Below the pieces are notes generated by a model that was given only the letters and a program-made list of their open reading frames with translations, did not search any database and was not told where the DNA came from. Source: Phaeosaccion multiseriatum (Eukaryota > Protista > Ochrophyta, other classes). From it: a DNA stretch of 64,000 nucleotides. The stretch is from NCBI GenBank assembly GCA_965112735.1, contig OZ218959.1, positions 620,001 through 684,000 on the forward strand. The letters run 5' to 3'. Shown here piece by piece: positions 45,108 to 57,250 of the stretch; positions within the stretch are counted from its first letter, which is position 1, and each line of letters begins with the position of its first letter. The translations under genes and the position numbers were made by a program.

Positions 45108-46826
45108 ATGGTTCATGGGGCGGGACGCTGCTGCTGCGCCCTTGTGGGTGCTGCTCGACGGAAATGGGGCCCTGCTGCTGCCATCGGTGCTGCTTCCCGG
45201 AGGTTTGCTGGCAGCAGAGAAATGGGGTCGATGATGAAGTCTCACTCGCCGATCCCACCCTGCCCTACAATGGTGGGCTGTAGCAGCCGCGGTCCGCAGC
45301 AGAAGCAGCAGCAGCAACAGAGGAGGTCTTTCCACGCTACCTCACGCACGCAGGCCAAGAAGGAAGACTATTACGATGTGCTCGGGGTTGCACGGTAAGG
45401 GCGGCCTTTTGGGGGCAACCACGTATGCGGAACACTCTCTTAGCCCCGCTACTCTCCGTTGCTTGTCTCTCGTCGTGTACAGAGGGGCGCCCCAGGGCGA
45501 AGTGAAAAAAGCGTACTTTAAGTTGGCCAAACAGTACCATCCAGATCACAACAAGGAGGATCCAGAGGCGAAGAAGAAGTTCCAAGAAGTCACCGAGGTC
45601 GGTCGGTCGATCCGCGGTTTGTTTTCTGTGCCGCTTTCTCTCCCTCTTACAATGAGACACCTGTCCTCTGATTTGATGCGCAGGCATACGAGGTGCTTGG
45701 CGACCAAACAAAGAGATCACAGTACGACCAGTTTGGACATGCCGGAGGAGACTTTGGTGCCGGCGGAGGAGGAGACCCCTTCGGGGTGCGTAGCTGCTGC
45801 ACCTGTTCGCCTCCCCTCTCCCCCTCTCGCTCTCCCTCCTCACGCTTGCATGTATTGTGTCCTGAACACCTACCAGGGACAGCAGGGCTTCCAAGGAGGA
45901 GCGGGGCCCTTCGGGCCAGGGGGGATTAACTTCGAAGACCTGTTCGAAGAGGCCTTTTTCGGGGGGGGGAGGAGGGGGCCCCGGAGGGGCGCAGATCTGC
46001 AAATCGCCGTCAAGATGAGCTTCCTGGAAGCCGCGTTTGGTGTGTCCAAGCAGGTTGGTTGCTGTTCCGCACACGCAGGGAAGAACCCCCCCCCCCCCCC
46101 TCCCCAACTCTTCAACTCACAAGAGTCCCTGTTTCTCAACAGGTGGACATCAACTACGCAATCATTGACAGACGGACAGGCAAGCAGCAGCGGAAGAGCA
46201 GGCAACAAAACGTGGACATCCCGGCCGGTGTTGAGCACGGCCAGACCTTGCAACTGGCGCGGGAAGGGGCGGAGGGGGAGAAGGGCGCTCAAAAGGGCGA
46301 CTTGTACATCAACGTGCAGGTCATGCCCGACCCCTACTTTAGCAGAGACGGGGCGGACGTGCACGTCACTGTGGCGGTGGGTTTCGCGTCCTGCCTCTTG
46401 GGTGACGCGGTGGACGTGTTGACTCTGGACGGTATGGTGGAGCTCAAAATCCCACCGGGGTCGCAGCCAAACACTGTGCTTTTGATGCGGGGGAGGGGCA
46501 TTCCGATGCTCACCAACGCAGGACGCAGCAGTCAGAGGGGGCATCAGTACTGCCATCTCGACATTCAGCTCCCCAGCAAGGTTAGCTCCCCTCCCAGGCC
46601 GTCGCCAAGGTACACGACTCCTTGCACACAGGCCTTCTCCCTCTGACCTCCCACCCCCCCCCCCCCGCCTGCCGTGCCCTCCCGTTGCCTCCCCCCCAAG
46701 CTCTCGGAGGCGCAGAAGAAGCTGGTGCTCGACTTTAAGGCCTCCGAGGACGGCAGCCGCAAGGGGCAGAGCGCCAAGGTCAAGAAGGCCTTCGAGGCGC
46801 TCGAAAAATTCAAGGCAAAAAGATGA
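45108..46826 (+). CDS. DnaJ/Hsp40 co-chaperone with a probable mitochondrial presequence and no Zn finger; about 6 exons
   Basis: RRSFHAT...[25 protein letters not shown]-rich region, [56 protein letters not shown]. Stop at 46824-46826. Confidence 0.92.
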
Positions 46827-47016
46827 ACAAGCTCTTATTATGTCATAAAATAATTCTGGAAACTCCTTATCCTCCACTCCATCCTTGGGTCACGTTGCAG
46901 TTGACCATGGGAAAGCGCCGTGCAAATCGCCCCGACGCCCCACCTCCTACGCATACATATATGTACAAGTGACCCGTGAGGCCACGTATGCATGTTGTAA
47001 GCCGCCGCCCCTCTCC

Positions 47017-48963
47017 TCACGTGCTGCTGTGCAGCGTAACGCCATCGACGAACCGCGCTGCGTGCACCTCGCAGCCGAGCTCCAAGTACGTGTCGTTGTA
47101 GTCTCCGCCCCCCAAACCGTCGTCCCCCCAGTCCAAGTTGGAGGTGGGTAAGAGGAGCACCATCCACTGCTTCTGCCCGGGCTTGGGGGGCACGTCTTCC
47201 GCGGGGGTGCTGCCTGCAGAGGCCCGAGCCCACCTCGGCGCGCCTTGCTCCAGTGCCACAACCGCGCGCCTCTCTCCATCCGCCTCTGCTGTGTGAGCGT
47301 TGTTTACGACCGCTCTCGACTGCTGTCTCCGGCGGCTGCTGGCTGCTCCCTTCTCGGCGCGAGTGCGGCGTCCTGGCTTGAACTTGAGCTTGCCGAGCGA
47401 AGCAAGCGCGCGCTGGAGGAGCCCTCCGCTCATCATACCGTGTGCGGAAGGGGCGAAGACGTACGACGCGTCTCTCTCCTTGTTCATCCCCTCCATTTCC
47501 CCCCAGTCGTGGCTGCCGCGACCGTACGAGTATGGCAGCAAGCCTGGAACTGCTGCGCCCACGCCATGATGGCTGTCCCCCGTCTGGTAGGCGGACGCAG
47601 GTCCATGATAGAGGTCAACTGCCGCCGCCGCCGCCGCCGCCCCCGCCTCCGCCTCTCCCTCTTCCCCAACCCCCACCAGAAATGTGCCCTTACCGTCCTC
47701 TGCCGTGACAAGGGGCCGCCCAAGCCCGGGGCAGTGCAGGGCTGAGACGTTGCCCAACAGACTCGTCACAGGAGCTCCAGCAGGAGTTCCCAGCAGGGCC
47801 AAATCACTGGCCAGCGAGTAATTCCAAGGGGCGGCGCCCTTTGCTGAGCAGAAGTCGCGCCACTGAGACGTGGGGCTACCGCCCTCAGCATTCGCGAAAG
47901 CGGACGCGGGGCCGTACCGCGGGAACACACGAGTCTCCTCGTAGACGTCGCGGGCTTCCTCCTCCTCGTCCTCCTCCTGCCCCTCCTCCTCGCGCATCCA
48001 CTCGGCGGCAAATAGGGTGTCATCCGCCGACAGATTGTCCGTGGCGAGCGTCCTTCGCCTGGAGGGACGTCCCGCCAAAGCCGCCGCCACCGCTGCGCTG
48101 TCCGACACCAGTGTGGTGGACAGGGGAGGGGAGGCCGACGAGGAGGCAGGTGGGGCTCCCCCCCGCATGAGTGTGCAAACCGCCAAGAGACTCAACGCGG
48201 CCGCCCCACTGAGCGTCAGAGGAGTTCGCCTCGTCGTGTTTGCACTCGGCTGCTGCTCCTGCTCCTGCTGCTGCTGCTGCTGCTCCTGGTGCTCCTGTCC
48301 GCCGCCGCCGCCGCCTTCGAGAAGCGCCAGGTCGAGGTCCTGCACATCGAAATTAAAGTCATCCACCAGACTGGTGTCCATGGCACCCACCTTGAAGTCT
48401 TCATCCCCCTCCCACTCCCCCGAACTCTCCGCCCCGGAGGTATCCTCCGTCCCAGAAGTGGTGGTGCCCTCATCGACGTCACTGTTGCTGCTGGGCACCT
48501 CTTCCTGCTTCGCCTGCACGTGCACGCCCAAGCCCACGCCCACGCCCTCGTCCTCGTCCACGTCACCTCCAAACAAGCGCAGGCCTTCCATTAGCATGTC
48601 GTCCTCCTTGCCCAGCCGCGCCTCCAGCTCCGCCACCTTGGCCAGTAAGGCCTTATTCTCCGCCGCCAGACTCTCCACCTCCGCCTCCCTTTCTCGCAGC
48701 CGCTGCTCCACGTCTTCCACGTGCTGCCGCTGCCGCTCTCTGTGCATCTGGGCGCTCATCCGGTTGCGAATCTTGCGCCGCTGCTTCTTTTGCTCCGAGG
48801 TCAGCTTCGTCTCCCCCTCTGGCGGAGCGAGGAGAGACGCCGGCAACTCCACCTTCAGGATTACCGCCATCTCCTCAATACTCAGGGTCGGCGGGGGCGG
48901 CGGCTGAGACGAGCTCGGCCGCGGCCTCTTACGCACACGCTCACCCATGTCTATCTCGTTCAT
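47017..48963 (-). CDS. bZIP transcription factor with a downstream hydrophobic segment and RRTL site (membrane-tethered, ATF6/CREB3/bZIP28-like architecture)
   Basis: KKQRRKIRNRMSAQMHRERQRQHVEDVEQRL...LAAENKALLAKVAELE (bZIP), an acidic region, LSGAAALSLLAVCTLM, then RRRTL. Confidence 0.8.
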   Translation of the reverse strand: MNEIDMGERVRKRPRPSSSQPPPPPTLSIEEMAVILKVELPASLLAPPEGETKLTSEQKKQRRKIRNRMSAQMHRERQRQHVEDVEQRLREREAEVESLAAENKALLAKVAELEARLGKEDDMLMEGLRLFGGDVDEDEGVGVGLGVHVQAKQEEVPSSNSDVDEGTTTSGTEDTSGAESSGEWEGDEDFKVGAMDTSLVDDFNFDVQDLDLALLEGGGGGGQEHQEQQQQQQEQEQQPSANTTRRTPLTLSGAAALSLLAVCTLMRGGAPPASSSASPPLSTTLVSDSAAVAAALAGRPSRRRTLATDNLSADDTLFAAEWMREEEGQEEDEEEEARDVYEETRVFPRYGPASAFANAEGGSPTSQWRDFCSAKGAAPWNYSLASDLALLGTPAGAPVTSLLGNVSALHCPGLGRPLVTAEDGKGTFLVGVGEEGEAEAGAAAAAAAVDLYHGPASAYQTGDSHHGVGAAVPGLLPYSYGRGSHDWGEMEGMNKERDASYVFAPSAHGMMSGGLLQRALASLGKLKFKPGRRTRAEKGAASSRRRQQSRAVVNNAHTAEADGERRAVVALEQGAPRWARASAGSTPAEDVPPKPGQKQWMVLLLPTSNLDWGDDGLGGGDYNDTYLELGCEVHAARFVDGVTLHSST

Positions 48964-49169
48964 CTGTCTTGGTTATTGTTCTATGTCCCCTCTCCTCCCC
49001 TCCCACTCAGAGAACCTTCTGTACGGTATGCACGGGATCGATCGACGAATGCTTACCCCTCCCCGAATCATCCCTTTTCCAGCCTTTTCCCTTTTTATCA
49101 TTTGCTTTTTGGTGTCTTTAAGCTATAGGTGTCTCCGATCGCTCTTTGGAGTGAAAGACAGGGGGCATC

Positions 49170-49607
49170 ATGGCCAAGTCCCGACGTGGCGGCGCTAAGA
49201 GGGACAAGCGAATTCCAGGTGAGCCCAAATGGGAGGGAGAAAGGGGGGGGTGGGGCGCAATTCTGTCTGTTATAAAAAGCCCGGGTTAGTGAACACTTGT
49301 TTTTTGCGCCGTGTCCAACGCAGGAAGCTATATCATCGTACTGCAGCCAGGCGTGCTGCCAGCCGAGCTGCTGAATAACTTTTCGCTCAAGCCGACCTTC
49401 TCCTACTCTTCAATCTTCATCGGATGCGCCGTGGACAAGGTGAGGAGGAATGGGGGGGGTAAAGGGGGGGTCAGCGAGGGAACTGGAGGGAGGCCGTTCT
49501 GAAGTACAACACATACTGCTGCACCCCAGGTGCCGGTTACGGTCATCGACAATGTGCGAATGAGTCCCCTGGTGCTCAAGGTGATGGAAAATAGGTAAGA
49601 AAAGGGT

Positions 49608-49652
<45 letters not shown>

Positions 49653-50649
49653 CACCGCCCCTACGCCCCCTGGACTGAGCACCCCCACCCGTCTTTCCCT
49701 CGCCAGACTCGTGAGCTCCCTGAGCAAGGACATTCTCATCGAGACGCTGCAGGTAGGTACCGGATGTGCTGGGTGTCCAATTGGCGTTGCTCCACTGTCG
49801 CCGCGGGAAGGAATCAAAGGCAGCAAGCGTATGTGTTTTAAGTCTTTAGTGATGTGCTTGGGGCCATTCTTGCTTAGGAGAGCAGCTAGTGTGCGTGAGA
49901 GGCACAAGGCCTGGTCATTAAAGCACGAATACGCCGCCCGCCCCCATTGCCCCCTGCAACAGACCAAGTACACGGTCGTGAACAGGGACACGGGCGAGCT
50001 CTACGATGTGCGGGAGGTGGACATCTCCGTACCCAACCGGTACAGCATTCTGCCAGGTTAGGTATCGTTGTTGCCAGTCCGGTCCATCCACCTGCGCTCT
50101 CTCTCTCTCTCTCACTCCTCTTGCCTCTCTCTGTACCTGCCTTGGACACGCCCACGCCACGCCACAGACGAGGTAAAAGCCCCCAGCAAAGCCCGAAAGG
50201 TGCTCGGGATCAACCAGCGGCCGACGCACATTCCGCCAAAAGTAGCCAAGCTCGCGGGACACTCGTCGCACATGACCGCGGTGGCCGCCGCAGAGGACTC
50301 AGACAGGGAGCGCCACATCTCGGGCTCGGTGGCCGCGGCCACGCCCACATCGCCTGTGGCTGATGCTGCTGCTGCTACTGGCGTCGCCCCGCGGGAGAGG
50401 CGAGCAGCTTCTGCTGCAGGGGGTGGGGCGGGGGCAAATCGCTCCGACCGAAAGAGTAGAAGTCGTAGCGCCGGGCGTAGCAGAGGCAGCAGTCAGGGGT
50501 TGTACACGTCCCGGGAGGCGAGCAGGAATGCGATTGACATGGAGGACTTGGCGGACATAGGCAGGAGAGAGGAGGAGGAGGAGGAGGAAGGCGCACTGCC
50601 GACACCGAGCTGGAGAATAAGACCTCCTGCTATGGAGACGGCAGTGTGA
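49170..50649 (+). CDS. Small protein with a peptidase-inhibitor-I9 (subtilase prodomain)-like N-terminal domain and no catalytic domain; 6 exons
   Basis: Phase-consistent splicing gives MAKSRRGGAKRDKRIP|GSYIIVLQPGV...PTFSYSSIFIGCAVDK|VPVTVIDNVRMSPLVLKVMEN|RLVSSLSKDILIETLQ|TKYTVVNRDTGELYDVRE...|disordered tail. Confidence 0.6.
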
Positions 50650-50868
50650 TGGCACCTGTAAATACAGTCAATCCAGTGTTCTATCATCTAAAACACAACA
50701 CAAAAGTTACTAATATATGTATATGTATTTTTGTTTTTGTGTGCCACTGTGTGTAAGTACTGTATGTAAACAGAGGGGGAAAAAGGGAACAGAGGGGGAA
50801 AAAGGGGCAAAAAATTGTTGTAAAATTTGCGTAAACCTGGCAGATCATATCACTCGTCGCTGGCCTGT

Positions 50869-51809
50869 TTACATGGCGTCCGCGCTGTTCACGGCGCCTC
50901 CCTCTGGTGCCCACCCTGTAGGCGCATTGGGAAAGAGACAAGGGTCGTCAGTGTAACGTCCTTCAAGACAACATCTGTCCAACTCAGCCAAAATGGATCG
51001 TATCATCCAAACTCACCGCCCACGTCGTTCTTGGCGACTTCCGTCTCATGAGTTGAGATGACCGTCGTTCGGTACTTGGCCAGGACAAGGGCAAAGACCA
51101 TGTACAGGAGGAAGAGCAGGAAGCAGAAGGCTGCCATGGCTCGGTCGCCGGACCTCTCCTGTAACCATTCACGCCAACAAACACAACAACATAGTCAGTA
51201 CAAAGAGGGCGGCGCTTTCCCGGCTAAGGGTCTTTGGTACTCACGTTGCCTTCTGCGTCCTTCGCCTCAGCCACGAACACCACGAAGAGCACAAACATGA
51301 GCTGGCTCATCATGGCGCACACGCCCAGGAAGGTGCCAACCGCCAGAGGGGTGTGGAAGCGCTTCAACACAACCGTGCCCCCCACCGAAACGGCGCACAG
51401 AATGAAGAGCGTCCATACCGCAGCGAAGGCTGCTCCATTAGATCCTGTGGTTAGCGTGTGCAGCAGTTAGTTGTGGTGACAGGGTGAAACGGAGGTTTCG
51501 AATGCCTTGCCGTTCGCGAGATCCAAGCTCCCCACCACCCAGCTTACCAGTCTCTCCTCCATTCTCGGCGGCCGCTGCAATGGCAACAATGACTGCGATA
51601 ATTGATAAGCCCTGTTGTCCAGCAGCAGCGATGGGGCAACGAAGGCCGAAAGGTTAGCGGTAGCAGAAGACAGTGGATCCCCCCCCCAACGCCAAATTCC
51701 AACTCACCAAGATCGCAAACCATGTACTTCGCACACACTTTCCAGGGTTGGCCTCGACCTGGTCCCGAGCCTGGCTCAGTTGGCCCATGGCCGTCTCCAC
51801 ATGACTCAT
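50869..51809 (-). CDS. Small four-transmembrane protein of unknown function; 5 exons, missed by the ORF track
   Basis: MSHVETAM...WFAIL|GLSIIAVIVAIAAAAENGGET|GSNGAAFAAVWTLFILCAVSVGGTVVLKRFHTPLAVGTFLGVCAMMSQLMFVLFVVFVAE..|..AMAAFCFLLFLLYMVFALVLAKYR..|GWAPEGGAVNSADAM*. All introns are GT-AG and phase-compatible. Confidence 0.75.
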
Positions 51810-52282
51810 CTTGCTGTGCTGCTACTGCTTTGTATCGAGCAAGGTGGGTGGGCACAAAGTCTGTGGGTGAGTGAGGAGGGGAAAAGAGAGGAAGAGGAAG
51901 GAGTGAGAGCTTTCAAGGTGACAATGCAACAGCTACTCCCACACAAGCAAACGAGCTGCTGCTGTGGAACGTGGAACTGTGCTCGCAGAGGCAAGGCGGC
52001 TGGTGAGGAGAGGGTATTCTGAGAGAGAAAGAGAACAAAGAATTAATCGCTGCGAAAGAAGCACTTCCGTCCCTCCACAGAAAAGGCAAGCAAGCAAGAA
52101 GCACAGAGAAGAGGCAATTCCACCCTACCAAGGCCCGCCTTCGTACCTTTCTCCTCGCGAACTGTGGCTGGCGTGGAGGATCGCCGCCCAAAGCAGCAAG
52201 TTACGTAAGGGCCGCGTAAGGAATACGAGTTTCCTTTTCCTTCTCCTTTCAACCCCTTCCCTCTCTTTGCATTATAATAGCG

Positions 52283-54707
52283 ATGTCAGACGACGGTAGG
52301 TGACCAGGCTTCGGAGTCATGGGTGCTGCTAGCCTCCGATCGCGCCTGATGCTCTGACGCTTTCCCACCTTCTGCCCATGAAGCTCTCCTCTGGCACTCT
52401 TCTTCCCCCTCCCCCCCCCCGCCCCTCTTGCTCCCCCCAAGCATCGACGCTGATGTATTGACATCCCACGTGCTGCTGCTGCCGCTCCTCCCCTTCTCTA
52501 CTTGCAGAGGAAGTGGAGTACGAATATGGTTCGGATGAGTATGCCTACGGAAGTGATGCCGAGGAGGAGGGCGGGGACGGGCAGGAGGACGATCTCATCG
52601 CCATCGAAAACGCGTTCTACGAGGGGGACGATTGCAGAGCAGAGGAGCCGCAGAAAGCGTTGGAGATGTTTGCTAAAGTGGTGACGCTAGAAAAGGAAAT
52701 GGGGAGTGAAGTCAAGTGGCGGTTCAAGGTGCGTCGCCCCATACCTTGAGCTGGACCGGAGGCGATAGCAAGAAACCTAATCGCCAGCCGCAACTGTTTG
52801 TTACAGGCTTTGGGGCATTTAGTTATGCTTCATTATCGGCTGCAGAGCTTCGAGGTGAGCAAGTCGGGGTGCAGGTTAGGCACTCATTGGTGACTGACTC
52901 GCCCTTCTCTGTCGCTCTCTCTCCTTCTTCGCTCCCTCTGGCTCGCCGTCTCTCTTCCTGTCTCTCTCTCTTGTATGTGTCGCACGGGCTGTCCTCTCGC
53001 TCTTTGCCTGATACGCCTCTTTCTCTCTTTGTTCGTGTGTGTGTCGCTATCGCAAACGCGCACCAACAGGAGATGCTTGTCAGATATCGAGAGATGCTGC
53101 AGTACGTGGGTGATGTTACTCGCAACGAGTGCACAGAGAGCATAAACTCCATCTTGGATGCCTTGGCTTCCTCGGACACGGATGTCCAAGTCATTCGACA
53201 GGTTGGTATGATCCTTTGTCTTTCCTTGTACGAGCGCCGAAGTGCCAATCTCTCTATTCTGTCTTGTCTCCATAGATGTACGAGGTGACCCTAGGTGCAC
53301 TCAAAACCGCTGCCAATGAGCGCATGTGGTTCAACACCAATGTCAAGCTCGCCAAGGTGTATCTGCAAATGAGGGACGAATCGGGCTTCAATCGAGTCAT
53401 CCAAGACCTCCACAGAATCTGCAAACTGCCGGTATGTACCCCCCCGGAGACTGAGGGAGAGGGGGAGAAACAGCATTTGCTCAAACGCGCTTATCGTCCT
53501 GTGTTGGTGTAGGATGGGCAAGATGACCCTGCGAAAGGAAACTATCTGCTGGAGGTGTACGGACTGACGATTCAGCACTGCGCAGAGACCAAGGACACGA
53601 AGAGGATGAAGGAGGTGAGAGAGGGGGGTGCAGAGGGGCTGCTACTGCTGCTGCTCAACTCTCCTCTCTTCGCCCCGTAGGTGTATCCCAAAATCATGGG
53701 GCTGAATGCAGCAGTGGAGGATCCACGCGTTATGGGCCTCATTCGGGTAAGCGGTGGTGCAGGCATGCGCAACTTGCACCCCCCCCCTGTACATCTTGCC
53801 TCCCTTCTCCTTGTCGTCTAAGCCAGTGCCACCACCAACAGGAGGAGGGAGGGAAGATGTACATGGGGCTGGAGCAGTGGAACCAGGCCTACAATGAGTT
53901 TTACGAGGGGTTTAGGAACTATCAGGAGGCGGGCAATACCCGCGCAAAGGAATGTCTCAAGGTATGACGTGGTGTCGGAAGAGAAAGAGAGAGACACACA
54001 GGTCCAACCACCGCCCCATCCCCCACCACTGTGTCAGTACGTTGTGCTGGCGAACATGCTCGCGCTGAGTAACATCAATCCCTTTGCCGCACGAGAGGCC
54101 AAGGTGTATCAGGTACGGATGGATGGGGGCGGGGGGGGGGGCAGCCTCCACACACAACAGCCGGTGAATGAACTGTGCTGCTGTACGCACCCATAACCGC
54201 AGGAGGAGAAGGAGATTATAGCTATGATGGACCTGCGACTGGCATACGAAGGTAACGACCTTGCCCGCTTCGAACGCACCTTGAAAAACAAGGTTCGTGG
54301 CTTGCTCTGGGAGAGGGGGGGGGGGGGCGACGACGAAAGCTTCTGATGCTAACTCTGACTCGGTTTGCTCGCTCTGTCAGACGAATCACATCCAGGAGGA
54401 CCTGTTCATAATGACTTTTATCGATCCTCTCCGGCTGCGAATGAGGGAGCAAGTGCTGCTGGCACTGGTGCGGCCATACCGGAAAATCACCATCCAGTTC
54501 ATGTCACAGGAACTGAACATGTCAGAGAGCGAGGTGGAGCAGCTTCTAGTTACCATGATTCTAGACAAGCGGATGGATGGTCAGGTGGACCAGATTGGAG
54601 GCGTGTTCGTGCACTCCGCCTCTCTGGCTTCAAAGAAGTACAGCGCCGTGTCCAAGTGGGCAGATAGCTTGCAAAGCTTGGGCACCACCTTGGGCACTCG
54701 CTTGTAG
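52283..54707 (+). CDS. CSN2: COP9 signalosome subunit 2 (PCI domain); many exons, 13-nt first coding exon
   Basis: IENAFYEG, WRFK|AL, VTRNEC..SINSILD, NERMWFNTNVKLAK, LLEVYGL.IQ, PRVMGLIR, GKMYM, FYEGFRNYQEAG, YVVLANML...INPF..REAK, LVRPYRKI..F...EL..EVEQLLV.MILD....GQVDQ. Confidence 0.95.
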
Positions 54708-54759
54708 TCATACGATAGGTGATCACGTAAATGTATAACACAAGACATGTAAGGTTGGT

Positions 54760-56790
54760 TCAGCGGCATTCCCAGACATGCAGACTCTTGTCCACCCCTG
54801 CCGAGAGCACCACGGGCAGATGCGGGTGTATCGCAATGCACGTCACGAAGTGCGCGTGTGCATCCTCTAGCGTTCGGTTGTTTCTGCCAGTCTTGAGGTC
54901 GAAGCTTCGGATACTTCGGTCGTCCGAGCATGACAGCAAGTACCCGCCGTGGGGGTGGAAAGCGAGACACCGAATCCAGTTGTCGTGGTCCGTCTGTGGG
55001 GGGAAAGGGAAGGGGCAGATGCGGCTGAGCTGAGGGCCGACTTTTGACTCGAGGCAGTCCCAAACTGAACTGACGGAGGACGTACCAGAGACATCAAACA
55101 GCCTCCAGTGTGCACACTCCAAATCTTGATCGCCTTGTCTCGCCCGCCTGACGCAAGGAACTGCCCCACCTCTGCCGCCCCCCCTCCTTCCCCTAGTGAT
55201 TGTCCCTTCTCTGCGGCACTCTCTAGAAGCAACTTGTCTGAAGCCTCCCCAGAGAAGGCCACGGCTTCCACCACGTGTGTGTGCTCGCGCAGCTCGTGCA
55301 GGCACTTGTAAAGGAGGTAGCGGGTGTTGTGTTGTTAGAGGTTGAGACGAGATATGCAGCAACAGCCATACACTGCGAGGCCCTCACCTGACCGGACCCC
55401 ACTGCCCATAACCGAACCGTGTGGTCGTTCCCGCAGCTTGCAAGGAGGCTTCCACTTGCATTCACTGCCAAGCCCCGCACCCACTCGCTGTGGCTGTTGG
55501 AGGACAGCAGGACGAGACGAGTATTTCAACAGGCGACCTCTTCAGGAGCACGCACACTACGCCAACCAACTTACCCTGTAAGGGTCTTGACACAGTACCC
55601 CGTGGCAACCTCCCACAGTTTAATGGTGCCGTCACGGGAACACGACGCCAGCTGATCTCCGGGGGGCAAAAAAACAACACTCGATATGTTGTGGTCGTGA
55701 CCCCGAAGGGTCCGTTGGCACTCGTAGCCCTCCTTAAAGTCCCACAACTTTGTGTGGCATTGTGTAAATAAAGCAGGCAGAAGGGGGGGGGGGGGGTGCG
55801 GGCAAAGATGAGGAGACAAGTTACTCAGCTCGGCTCAAACACACCTACGAGTCCACCTACCTTGATGGTAATGTCCGCACTGCAGCTGGCCAAAACAGTG
55901 CCCAGTGGGTTGAAGGCGAGGTCCTGGACCACGTTCGTGTGGCCCTTGAGCGTCCGCTCGTACTCGCCCACTTCAAAGTCCCACACCTTAAGAGGGTAGC
56001 AAACACTCATGTCATTTTGGGAGACATACACTGTTGGGTGGTCAATGAGTTCGTACCTTGATCGTCGCATCTTCGCTCGCAGTCGCTACAACACTGTACA
56101 CAGGATGCAAAACCAGCGCCGTCACAGGAGAGCGGTGCCCCGTGAGCACGTGCTTGGGGGGGGGCCTTGGAAGCAGCGCAACGCCGCTTGCTCCCCCGTG
56201 GTTGCCCCCCCCGCCCCCTATTCGCACGCCACTACGAAGATCAGCCTCCGCGACACTCAAGCGGCTCTCCAGGTCCATGACCTGTGTATTCAGAGTGCAG
56301 GCTTTTTAGAAAAGTCCACCTCGCACACCCCTCTCGTCTCCTTTTTTCGCATCCCTCTCGTACCTTCCGTTGCAAACGCACCACGGAAGTCCACTTCTTT
56401 TCCAACAGACCCTTCCCCGACGAGACATGACCGCGCAGGCCAGCTTCCTCCTCCAGCGCTTCAGCAGTCCGTGGAAAGCGATCTCCCACTTCACGTAAGT
56501 ATTCTAACATGGAAACATGGCTTGACGTAGAGGGGGGACACCAGAGGGGGGAGCAAGGGGGAGCGAGGGGGAGCGAGGTGGTGACTGAAGGAGGGTTGGC
56601 TACTCCACAAAGAAGAGCGACATTTAGAGAGGGTGTACGTTTCCTTCAGATGGAGATGAAGAGAGAGAGAGAGAGGGGGGTAGGGGGGGGGGGGGAGGGG
56701 GGAGCGAGCGCGCCGAGCGCGGGAGCATCGTCACGGGACACACAATATGTCGACTCACAGATCCTGCCGCTGCTTGTCGGTCAAAACCAT
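54760..56790 (-). CDS. LIS1: LIS1/NudF dynein regulator (LisH, coiled coil, WD40); multi-exon
   Basis: [11 protein letters not shown]|[17 protein letters not shown]|[32 protein letters not shown]|[42 protein letters not shown]. Confidence 0.96.
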
Positions 56791-57250
56791 TGCTTCTAAC
56801 CGAAGACCATTAGCTCCTTGTGGTGGGGAAGGAGGCCAAGCGTATTGGCAATGGGGGGAGAGGGAGAGAAAGAAAAGGGGCTTATTTATGTCAACGATTT
56901 ACGTAACATTACGTGTGCCCACTCCTCTGCGATCTCTCTCTTGGGTTGCCATGCTCTGGCGCTGAAGGACCCTTGCTTTGGAGCCCCAAGGAAGCTTTCA
57001 CCGCAACCAACGTCATCCACAGAGGCAGGAGCGGGAACAGGAGGACGTGTAGCGGCAACGACCCTCTCTTTCCCTCTCTCCCCCTCTCTCCTCTCTTTAC
57101 CTGGTGTCCCCAAGGGCGCGCCTCTGACTCCGTGCGGCGGCTGCTGCTGCGCCTGGCTGTGGTGATTGCAGCGGTAGCAGAGGAAGGTCTCCGCCTGCTT
57201 CGGCCTGCTACGATCCTAAGCAGTGGCAGGAGCAGGCTTGGTGGGCGGTG

